Shown here one piece after another: positions 1-12,200 of a DNA stretch of 64,000 bases. Each line of letters opens with the position of its first letter. Position 1 is the first letter of the stretch. Source of the stretch: Phoronis australis (lineage: Eukaryota > Animalia > Phoronida); contig NMRA01000052.1 of the NCBI GenBank assembly GCA_002633005.1, forward strand, positions 981,235-1,045,234, in the 5' to 3' direction. Both the position numbers and the translations under genes were made by a program. The notes under the pieces were generated by a model. That model saw only the letters and a program-made list of their open reading frames with translations. It ran no database searches and was not told the DNA's origin.

Positions 1-239
1 GCCTTACGAGTGAAAGTTGTGCGATTAAGTTACTACTTGGTCCTTAGATCTCAGCATATTTTGCTTGCCATTTCTTTCGAGTTCTTGTTAAAAATAACCA
101 CTGAATTTTGCTGCTATCTGGAGTTGTGTTTGTTTCGTTCGGACGTTTTGATCATTAACCAACCAGATACGTTCCTAGGGCGGTGGAGAATACCAGTGCC
201 AAGCATGTGCGAGAATTTTGTGTGCATGGTTTTCGTTAG

Positions 240-3200
240 GTCTCTCTTGTTGACGAGGCGAAAGGGTTTATAAAGGGCGAGTCGAGCTTCAGTCCCGATG
301 CACGCAGCGATGGTGGTGTCGACAACATGTCTTGGGACCATGAGATCCCTGACATGAGCCTTGAGGATGAGTTTAACAGGGTTAGTACAGTGGTGACTCA
401 TTTCTTTGTATGCTCTGTGCTCTATTTCTTCAAGTGCCTGGAGCCCAAGACAAATGCTGTTCGAGGACTTCTGTGTTGGCTCTGTTCATCTTTTGGGTGA
501 AATTTGTGAAGTAATTGTTCCCTAATTTTGCACATTCACCTCTGTCAGTTGGACCACCCAGAGTTCCAACCAAACTTTTTTTTGGTTTTCTCCTTTCACC
601 CATGTCAAGTTGACATTTTCTTATTGTTACCAAAAAATGTAAGCCAGAAATTTCATCCAATTTAAAATTTCTCTTTGTAAAGAATTCTTGTTTTTGCAAG
701 TTTGTTTATACTAAGATAGAACTTTCTGGTAAATTTGGTAACTAGTTAATATGTACTTGCTGCATGCGATCAATGTCCATTGGTTTCACAATACCCCAAT
801 TTTCGAAAGAGAACTTGTTTATTTAATACAAAAGTAGGGAACAGTTGCCGTTATACATTGACATTATAGGTATGTAAGCATTTTGTTACTAAGATTCAGT
901 TATTAAAAATTAGCTTCGAAGGACTGCAGTAATGTGTGTGCTTGATTGAACCGCTCATAGGCTTGTAACCACCCCATGGTTTAAATGAAAGCTTAATCAT
1001 TTCAGTTTGAATTTGAACATTTCTAAATGAGGCTGTAATACGTCACTTGAAAATGTACTCGTATGCTTGAAAATGCAATAACTTTCAAATCTATGCCTGT
1101 TGAAATAAGTGACTGGTTTTGTGGCCACTGCTATATTTTAATTGCTGTTCAAGAGATTTATTATGTATTGCAGCAAAAGTTTCTTTACTAATAATTTTTC
1201 ACTTTTAAGAGTTTTTTGAAAATGCAGTTTATGTAAGTAATTTTTTTAAAATATCACACCAGAAGCTAAAAATTAGTTGTGTACTGTACAAAATGATTTC
1301 TTTTCTCATTCTAAAAATTGCCGATGCCATTTTCTACACAAAAAGCTATTTTACACTTAAAATCCTATTAGTTAGCAGTAGACATAGTTATTAGGCTATT
1401 GTTCATGATGCTATGTCTGATTGTATAGTGCCTGTGTATGGATTTGAGTGAAATTCTTGGTTGCTTGGTTTGGGTCTGTCCCAGCACTCGCTCATGCTTT
1501 CTGTGTCGCGATCTATGCCCTATGTCACAACCTTTGACCTGTCTTCTACAGTTTTCTCACCTTTGTTGCACCATCTCTAGCCTAACTCCATGTGTCGTTT
1601 CTACGTGCTTTAAAGCATCTCACTGCTATCATCGTGGCATTTGTTTTGCATTACTGGATCACCAACTGGTCGGCAATAGGTCGTTTTTGGCTAGTGGAAA
1701 GTTGTTCTATCCGGCATAAGATTGCATGTAGATTTTACGCAGTTTCTGTTCATTTTTTTTAATGAACATGAATGACTGATTATTGATAGGTGACATTCCT
1801 TGATAGCACTGGATCTATTTTTTTTTAATTTGTTAAAGACTAGTATATATTGATTAGGCTCTCTACTGAAACCTTCAAGAGCTCCATTGTTCAATAACGT
1901 TCGTTGAATTTCCAAGAATCTTTTTATGGAATAGATAGCCACTGCAACAGCTACCGGAATGGTCGCGTTTTTGTTTCTTGTTACAAGTAGTTGCGTTTCT
2001 GTTTTGGCTTTGTTGCCAGCATATACGGATAGGAAAATTTAATGTATCATCTAATAATCAAGCCAGTATACACACATCATGATAGGAATTCAGATTTTTC
2101 ACTGTTTGTATAGTAATAAAAGGTAAAAAATCAATAGAAATTATTATGCATTTGGATTTGCGGTACTTGGAAATAGCTGCTGACCTATTCTTATGTGTCT
2201 CCATACCATGTAACATCGAGGTGAATCATCTGTTGTCATTGATCGTTGTTCTTGAATTTGGGATGACCAATATTTCCTATTACTAAAATTTGTACAATCT
2301 CTGACATTGAGCAAACTAGTTTTAACTAGAATTAAAATTCTTCACTAGCGTAACTAGAGAATTTTACCATAGTCAGGACTAGGATGGAAGAATATCGAAA
2401 ACATTATTCATTACTGGTAGAATTTACTTAGTAGAAGACAGCATTTGATTTTGAACTTCCACTTATTCCTTTTGTCTCATCTGTGACATTTTCTGACCCT
2501 GAGGTGATGTTCAGGACACAAGATCCTGTCACATGCCCCCTTCATGTTTTGATGAATATAACAAAACAACTTTTTTGTTGTACATTTCTTTTGTTTTTGT
2601 GTGAGTGACATCTTATTTTAATGTTCTATGATCGGCTAAGATGCTGTTGGCTTTTCTGTGTTTCGAAGTTACCTTGTGTCACGACAGGTTACGCTGTTGG
2701 TCAATGCTTGAGTTTGTCACACTGTTTGACACTTACCAGCTATCTAGTATAGCACTAGTGAGTGCCTGTTGAATTACAGTATTTGCCGATAGCACGTAAA
2801 GAAAGGCACCTTTAATAACATTAATAGAATGCACCAAATGTTATATGGTGTGTATTTATTTAGTGACATTGGGCTTGAAGTGACTTCAACAACGACAACA
2901 GAATAAACAGCATGAAATAGGCTCAGATTCCAAATATTTTCATTGTAGCTTCATTGCCTTATATTGACGAAGAGATTGATTCATTAGCTATCATAGTTTC
3001 TGTCAATCCAAACCGTGTCACCTTAGGAACTGGCACGGCAGCAAATGAAATACCAAGAACACGAGCAGCAGAGAATTAGGGCGGAGGAACAACAGAGAGT
3101 CAGGGCCGAGGAGCAGCAGGCGTGGCGGGAACAACAGACGCAAGAAGAGGCGAGGCGACGAGCGGAGGAAGACAGACGAAGGGCGGAGCTTGAAGAGAAA

Positions 3201-6200
3201 CGGCTGGAGGAGATGGAGAGAGAGCAGCGTCGACGGACGTCAATCAAGGTGCAGGAGGAACAGAAGGCATTGTTGGAGAAACAGAGGTCGGGTGATGTTA
3301 ACAGGTAAGGGGGTACAGACAGAGGTGATGTTTGGTTGTGTGTTCTTAAGGGGGTGGAGACGGGAGGCAGGGTTTTGTTATGTGTCTATCCATTGTTAGT
3401 ACTTATCAGTTTTGAAGTCAATGTTAAATTTACAATACACCAAGACCTACCCTTTTGTAATGGATAAGCCCATCTTTGTTCAAGCGGTAACCTTGCTCCT
3501 TGATTTTGCTCAAGTGTTTCACAAATACCCGCACGAACCTAAATCCTGATGTAGTCCCAGCTTCACGTATGTATTGGGCTAAAACACACGCATGTTCATG
3601 ATGAAGTTGAGGCTAGAGGGGGTAAGAGGCGAGGCTTGTGTTTTGCAAGCGAGTGAACAGCATAATAGAAGTGAAGAGGAGATTTCTTGTTCTTGTCTTT
3701 GTTGTAACATTTGAGTCTAAATTGTATATCACTACTTTCCCAACTGTAGCGTTGTTGGAATGTGTCAAACGTTTGTTCTTATGATTTCAGTTTTGTGCAC
3801 CCGTCCGCTCACACTTTCAACTTCATAGACAGTCAAGATGACCACGTGATTGAAGAACCAAAGTAAGTGTTTAATGCCCTGTCTTATCAAACAATTTTCA
3901 GAACGTCTGAGTCCATCTCAACTGGCTGCGGACAGACGGAAACTTTGTCCAGAAACTTGCCTCGAATGCAACACTGTCCAAGCCGTTGTTACTCAGATTG
4001 TAGCACACCGGGTCAGTTCCCACTCTGGGCTTTTGTCTCGTTTTTGAGGTTGTATTTGAAAACTTCCTTGTTGTAACAGAGCCCTGTGCAATAAGAATTT
4101 TGTGAAAGGCATAGTTTCCATACTTTTCATATTCATCTTCGTCATGTTGTCTCTGAATTATGTTACCATAAACTTCGACACCAGCATGAAGGAAAATTGT
4201 GTTTTTTTGTTATATTTTGAAACAGAAGCAAAAGCTAAGAGTTTCTATTATAGATCAACATGGTTTGTACTGTGTAGATTGGCCGCTGATTATATTTGAG
4301 TATTTGCGGCAATGCAGTTTGCCTTGAGAATGAAAATAAAGGTCCAAAAGAAATAACCATTACAGTGTAAATGTCCAACATGCAAAGGATCACTCTAGTG
4401 AACTGACAGCTGTCTAGTGTCATTTTTGGCCATTTGATAAAATTCTTTGTGATATTAATTTCGTAATTATTGATATCCAGGCGGTCACCGGGCAGCTCAA
4501 CATCATCTGAGCATTACCGTGACAACAGCGAGTTTCCACAGCAGCAGGTTGGCTTGGCTAGCAGGAGGACAACATCAGATTCCAAGATGTCATACTCGGA
4601 CACAGGGAGAATGGTTTCCAGGGAAGAGTTCTTCCGCTGCATGTACGGCAATAGGAAGTAAGGGGCTAAAACGTTTGTGAATCAGGTCTTCATAAACTAG
4701 ACTGACAGTTAATCACTTGGAGTTTTGGTTTCAACTGGTCACTTCATGGTTGATATTGCTCGATAAAACAGTTGTTTTCATACTGCTTCGTCCTAAGATT
4801 TTTGGAAGATAGTCAACGGAGATTAATTGCTTTTGACGCATGACTTTTGACAAAGCAACACCAGCTGAACATTTATACACTGTACTCTATGAATAAATTT
4901 AAAGCACCATCCGCTGTCTATTCCGTTCATGGTGCTGGGTGATCTTCCAATATGACCTGTGTCGTATTCCAACTGTTATTAACAACACAAATTCTTATGT
5001 ATTCTCGTTTCCAGTGGCACTGCGGAACAGTATCACAACGCACCCAGTCCCACCACACCACCGTATGCACAACAGAGGTCGCCGGTGACATGTGTTAACC
5101 CGGTAGGTGATGCAGAAAACCAGGTTTTTTGCCTTGCATGAGAAGATATTGCACCATTTTTGAAAGCCATTGTTTGTGTCCCTGTTTTTGGACTGGAACC
5201 CTTTGTTTTGTTGAACTGGATGGAGTTCACTCATTGGTTAAGTGGGAAGAATCACCGCCACCAAATCGATTCATTTAAATGTGAAATTAATTAGGATTTT
5301 GGCTTGACCTAGTTAGCGCTCTGAGAGTCTTAGATTAGTAGTTCTCGGGTTGTTCTTGTCTTATTTTGACTAAGCTTAGACTGCATGAAGGACAGCTCCA
5401 TCGACAATTGGTCAATATTTTCGAATGATCATAACAATTGCTCTTGTCACTTAATAAGTTGTCGGTCTTACTTTATGGAACATTTGTTTACCGAGAGCGA
5501 ACACTTACAATTATCTTTCCCTCTCCAATTAAATTCTCCCGTCTCATTAATGACGTTTTCGTGTGCTACATCATACCCACTGTAGAAGACTCATTGTTGT
5601 AGCAGTGCTTCCCTCTATTGTTTATATGATAATTCCAGTGTGATATAACATTACTGTATATGCTTGTATTTAAGCCCATGTGCCTGTATCCAGTGTACGG
5701 TGTAATGTATTTTCTTCAAATTTTTTATGCAGGCATTTTACATATAGGCCCATATGCCTTAAATTTTAAGTGTAATTGTGTGTTGCCTTTGTTTTTATTC
5801 TTAGGTTTAATTTAGTTTACCTTGAAAACTCATCAATTTCGTTCAGAGATAATTTCAAAGGCTTCAAACGTTGTTTTGAATGACCACTATTTCTCAACAT
5901 ATGGTCTGATGGTACCTGTGGAGTAGAGTTGTAAATGAGTTGAATTTTTGTTTTGTGTTACACGTCTTTCATGAAAAAAATGAAAATCACAACACTTACT
6001 TTGTCTGTCATATTGTGTCCTAACTTGGTGAGATTTTATTGGAACCAATATTGAATTGGATACTTGTCTGCGTCTACAGCTCTGTAGCAGATAAGCCCAG
6101 CTTCTGTTAAGGCCGTCTTGAAAGCTCTTGGACGACTAGTGAAATGTTTGGCACATATGCGCTTCCGCCTAGTGACAGAAATAGATGCAGCTTCACGTAC

Positions 6201-9200
6201 AGGTGCATGGGCTTAAAAACACTCATATAAGATATGCTGGTGCCTGGGACTCATTGCGTGCATGCTTCCCCTGAACCTGTGTTCCTTGCCTTGCAGGAGG
6301 AGGAATTCCGACAGCGTCACCAAAACATTCGCGACACGCATCGTCACGAAGCGCAGGTGGCCGCGCGTAGGTTTGAGGAAGAGAAACAGAGAATTAAACA
6401 GATACAGAAGAGCGCCGTGTACAATTACGTCAACAAGGTACTGGCACGAATGACGTCTTTTCAACTCTATGCCACAACAAATGGACCTTCTTCATAGTCA
6501 CACTTAAATGGAACTCGTTTTCGACAGCAAACTTGGTCTATCAAACTTTTTGGGGAACTACTTCAAGATCCAGTCATATGGTTGTGTCGGTGTGGTACCA
6601 AATTTTTCATCCACTTTCATGACTTTCCGTTCTTATTTTAACTGCCCGCAAACGGAAATTTGCCCAAACAGCTTATTTTAATAATGCTTACCCAGTAATA
6701 TCGCAGTTTGATGAGCGGCTAAGAAACAGCCATCTGTTCTTTTGTGCCGCTGCTTTACAAGCTAACAACTGCTAGCGAATACTCATTGTGCAACTGTTTG
6801 TTATACGCGTGTTTTGCTAGCATGTAAACTACCTAATTGCGGAAGCATCCTGCTAACAAATTAACGAGAATCCTCAGGGCGGCTGCATGCAACAGTCCCA
6901 AATAGGGACTCAACTATGTTCCCTAACTTTTCACCACTCTTGGGGACTTGTGCTACTGTAACAATGATTGCTCTTTCTAACGCTGTTTTATATTCGTTAC
7001 TAAGTCAATGTTTAGCTTTGATACACATTGAGAGTAAACTCTACATTGAGTTCTCTATATCACTGAACATAAACAGGGAGTTTTTCATGCAACGCCCCTA
7101 ATTTAAGAACTGTGTCCCTGTTTATTTTCATTGATATAAGGACTCAGTTTCTAGGTGGATTATAAGAAAATGCTGATAGTCAAAGATGAGATAATAATAA
7201 AAATAAATTAATAGAAGTACATAACATTTTTGAGACACACAAACGCCGGACATTTAGGGAAGTTAGTCAAGTCCCTATTTAGAGCTGTTTCATGCAACCA
7301 CGCACCAAACCTTAATGCTGGTTGAGAGCGCTGCCTCATTCTAGATCTATATGTGCTTCACCTATATCACTTCCCTGTCAAGTATGCAAGACTTACAGTG
7401 GGATCGGCATGCATATTGCCGTCATGACGAAGAATTCCGGTTCACTTTGTCTCAATATTTTTGGCACGTACTATATATCGTCATGTCGTACCATTCACTG
7501 TCCCTGCTCAATATTCATTTTCACTATGTTCAAGTGAAGCTTGTGGTGGTGGTGATATTCAACCCTCACAACGCGGTGTCGGTGAGTGGTCAACCGCAGC
7601 ATTGTGTATTAGCTCTGTCATAATCGCCAGTACTTGTTGTTTCCAGAGAACATCCTCCAGCAGTATACACAGTGTTGAGGGAGAAGAGTACAGCAAAGTT
7701 TCCTCACCCACCAATCCACACTACGGGGATCACCAGGGCAGAGTGCCAGGTTTGCAGCTTACCAATTCACAGTCACACGGTTTATGAGCACTTTCCGTGG
7801 TTCAATAATAGGCTATCCTGCAGATTTTTTACTACTTAATTGGGTCATGTGACAAAAACATAGATCATAGTATCTAAATGTTTCATGTGAATCCAAACGT
7901 CTGTGAGTTATGATGTTCCAAAGTTAGTCAAATCTGAACAAATTTCCAGCGTTCCACATAACCTTAAATACTTTAAGTAGTCTGACCAGTGCCCGTGTCT
8001 GACGTGTAAATCACAATTTGAGACCACAACCAGCCAGGAGCGCTTTGTCCTTAGGTTGTGCTAAGTTGGAACTAAGAGCGTTACCCTTTTTGTTTGGCCA
8101 TGTCAATTGTATATTAAACCCAACATCTTGTGTCAGGTTTCCACATGGGTAGTCAGAAGCCGTACGAGCAAAGTCAGACACCACTCAACTTTACGATTCG
8201 CCGCGAGATGCAACACATGAGGGAAGAAGTGCAGATGTTGAACAATCTCAGAGAGGTATTCAAATAAACTAAGGTGTAGTTGTGATGGGTGATGGCTTGA
8301 TGTCACTTTCTGGCCATCTCATCCAGAGAAAAGCAGTGGGTTGTGTTGATTAAGTCACTCTTACGAGATCACACAAGATGTCGCTAGTGTTGCAAGATCT
8401 TAAATGGGTTTAGCAAGGAAGCTTGCTGGCTAGTAAAATGGCTCCCACTGAATGTGATTGGTCGTCTGCGCATGGATGATAAAGTGTGGTTGTAGTAAGC
8501 TGTACATGAACACTCGGCATACTCACCAGTTTGTGTTGTGTAAGCCTAGATTTCATGGTTCAAGTATGAAAATATTGCAAGGACTGGTTGATGGTGGGAC
8601 ATCTTTGACCAACTGAGACCATGTCAGGGCAATCCACTTCTCAGAATTAAAAGAAGGAAGAGCCATGCTAGACCGTTTTGTAGGCCAACAATCAAAGGGT
8701 ATCAAAGGCACCTTATATTAGGGAATTTAGGCTGACTGTCTCAAGATTGTTTTGTAAAATTTAGAGCTTGTTTCGAGCCTTTTGTAAAGTCTTTTCGTTG
8801 AAATAAGCCATTGCTAGAATGAGCGAAATCTGCATAGAAAAATAGGATCAATTTCATTTTAATCCAAATTTTAGCCTATGATCTTGTCTCTGTAAAACCT
8901 TTTTTTTTTCTTTAGTTCCCATTATCAAACCCACAATACGAAAAATGGCTGTTTTTCATCAGTTAAAACTGGCCCTCCATTTCATTCATGCTTTCTCTTT
9001 GATCTCTTCTAGCAGGCAAAATGGATACATTTGGCAATTTGGGAGGGCAGTGGGAATAGTGCATTATTAGAGAAGGGGTGTTTACATCACTATTACAATT
9101 TCCTGTGTTGTTTTCAGCGTTTACAATATAAGACTGAACAGAGCTTCAGTTTGTGGACAATTCCACCATGGGGTGTTTGTTTGATCACTTTGTTACAGTT

Positions 9201-12200
9201 GGTATCCATTCCTGAGCTAAATAATGGGCAATCTCCCCTTCACTTGAAATGAGCTAGGCTATTAATACTCCTGGGTCAAGACATACTGAATGGAGAAAGT
9301 ACTAATACTGATTTCATTATTCCATTTGCGCAATTAGTTGGATGAAATTTATTGTTTACAGTGTCACTGATAAATATGTCTTTAAACAAACACATTGGCT
9401 TTGCAGAACATTGAGAGTCGGCTCAAGGTGAAGCTCCCTGACGATTTGCCTGGTGCCCTGAAGGATGGTGTGGTCCTGTGTCACTTGGCCAATCATGTCA
9501 GACCACGCTCAATATCCAGTATACATGTCCCATCACCAGCTGTGGTGAGTTTAGCTGGAAATTGTGTGAAAACGTAATCATGTTAGATATAATTGACCTA
9601 TCACAAGCTCTGCCCCTGTGCGAAAAGTCGTCAAACAAACAATAAGTTTTACCCCACAACATGTTGTTTGTTGGGTCATAAGGCGGCTTGGAAACGAAGG
9701 TTTGTCAAGAATGCTAGGTTGTGATTGGTCAATTAAGCTGTCTCTCCAAATCCTGGCTATAGGTCAATTACAAAGACAGTGCTATCCCCATGTACAGGTC
9801 AGGGTAGTGATAGTGGGTTTATGTAATGCAGTTAATCAGTTCAATCAAGGCTTGATATCATCAGAACACAATAGCCCAGTTGAAACAACCACCTCCGATG
9901 AAAGAGGTGCTGGGAATAGATTACTGCCAGCTACACAGCTAGCTTCTTTCCAGCTCACTGCACCCATTCTCAAAATCACTTCAAGGTTTCATGTTTGTGG
10001 TTTCGAGTGCCGCAATTTTTAGAAGTTTACACTGTCATTTTTAAGACGCACTGAATCATGAATTTCGTTATCTTTTTCTAGCCAAAGTTGACCTTGGCCA
10101 AATGTAGGAGAAACGTGGAGAACTTTCTTGACGCCTGTGTTAAAATAGGAGTGGATAAGGTGAGTGTCGGTTATTATGGACACCCAGTCCACTGCACTGT
10201 ACACGCTTTACACACTGTTCAGCTCTCCATAGCATGTCGGAGCACAGCAGTCACAACTACAGGTCTCCAGAGCATATAAGCTACTGTTCAAAGTGCTTAT
10301 GGATGCCGTGTTGCCAGTATTGAAATAGGTTGTTTGGCGTACGAAAACAATTTTAGAAGTCCGTTAATTCTGAAAATGTAAATTATTCAATTTACACTGT
10401 ATAGTCCGTGTATTTCTTTAATTGTTGCTATGACATACTTGACGGCTTTGACTTTACATCTTGTACGTATTGCTGTAAATTTTTAAAAAGTCACCTTAAA
10501 ACTAGGAAAGTATAATTCTTAGGAAGGATTATGACCGTGCTAAAGACCGCCTTTGTTTTGAATCCAANAATCTGCATAGCAAAAATAGGATCAATTTCAT
10601 TTTAATCCAAATTTTTGCCTATGATCTTTCAATGTAAAACATTTTTTTTCTTTAGTTCCCATTATCAAACCCACTGTACGAAAACTGCCTGTTTTTTATC
10701 AGTTAAAACTGGCCCTCCATTTCATTCATGCTTTCTCTTTGATCTCTTCTAGCAGGCGAAATGCATACATTTGGCAGCTTGGGAGGGCATTGGGAATAGT
10801 GCATTTAGAGAAATGGTGTTCAGTTATTACACCACTATTACAATTTCCTGTGCTGTTTTCAGCTTTCACAATATAAGACTGAACAGAGCTTGAGTTTGTG
10901 GACAATTCCACCATGGGGTGTTTGTTTGACCCCTTTTGTTACAGTTAGTATCCATTCCTGAGGTAAATAATAGGCAATCTCCCCTTCACTTGAAATGAGC
11001 TAGTCTATTATACTCCTGGGTCAAGAAATACTGAATGGAAAAGTACTTCCTGATTTCATTATTTCATCTGTGCAATTAAGTTGGATGAAATTTATTGTTT
11101 ACAGTGTCACTGATAAATATGTCTTTAAACAAACACATTGGCTTTGCAGAACATTGAGAGTCGGCTCAAGGTGAAGCTCCCTGACGACCTGCCTGGTGCC
11201 CTGAAGGATGGTGTGGTCCTGTGTCACTTGGCCAATCATGTCAGACCACGCTCAATATCCAGTATACATGTACCATCACCAGCTGTGGTGAGTTTAGCTG
11301 GAAATTGTGTGAAAACGTAATCATGTTAGATATAATTGACCTATCACAAGCTCCGCCTCCGTGCGAAAAGTCGTCAAACAAACAATAAGTTTTACCCCAC
11401 AACATGTTGTTTGTTGGGTCATATGGCGGCTTGGAAACGAAGGTGTGTCAAGAATGCTGGGTTGTGATTGGTCAGTTAAGCTGTCTCTCCAAATCCTGGC
11501 TATAGGTCAATTACAAAGACGGTGCTATCCCCATGTACAGGTCAGGGTAGTGATAGTGGGTTTATGTAATGCAGTTAATCGGTTCAATCAAGGCTTGATA
11601 TCATCAGAACACAATAGCCCAGTTGAAACAACCACCTCCGATGAAAGAGGTGTTGGGAATAGATTGCTGCCAGCTACACAGCTAGCTTTTTTCTAGCTCT
11701 CTGCACCCATTCTCGCAACCACTTTAAGGTTTCATGTTTGTGGTTTCGAGTGCCGCAATTTTTAGAAGTTTACACTGTCATTTTTAAGACGCACCGAATC
11801 ATGAATTTCGTTATCTTTTTCTAGCCAAAGTTGACCTTGGCCAAATGTAGGAGAAACGTGGAGAACTTTCTTGACGCCTGTGTTAAAATAGGAGTGGATA
11901 AGGTGAGTGTCGGTTATTAATGGACACCCAATCCACTGCACTGTACACGCTTTACACACTGTTCAGCTCTCCATAGCATGTCTGAGCACAGCAGTCACAA
12001 CTACAGGTCTCCAGAGCATATAAGCTACTGTTCAAAGTGCTTATGGATGCCGTGTTGCCAGTATTGAAATAGGTTGTTTGGCGTACGAAAACAATTTTAG
12101 AAGTCAGTTAATTCTGAAAATTTAAATTCTTCAATTTACACTGTGTAGTCCGTGTATTTCTTTAATTGTTGCTATGACATACTTGACGGCTTTGACTTTA

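Noticed and set aside
3902-4011. Exon-like segment (tttcag|AAC..CGG|gtcagt) 39 nt after the 3791-3862 exon; considered as a mutually exclusive exon
   Set aside because: 110 nt, not frame-preserving with the flanking phase-2 junctions, and no homology to its neighbour; cannot be supported without transcripts.
9618-10022. 134-aa ORF and its 111-aa duplicate at 11361-11696
   Set aside because: Intronic, no recognisable domain, non-ATG start, and the two copies differ by a stop.
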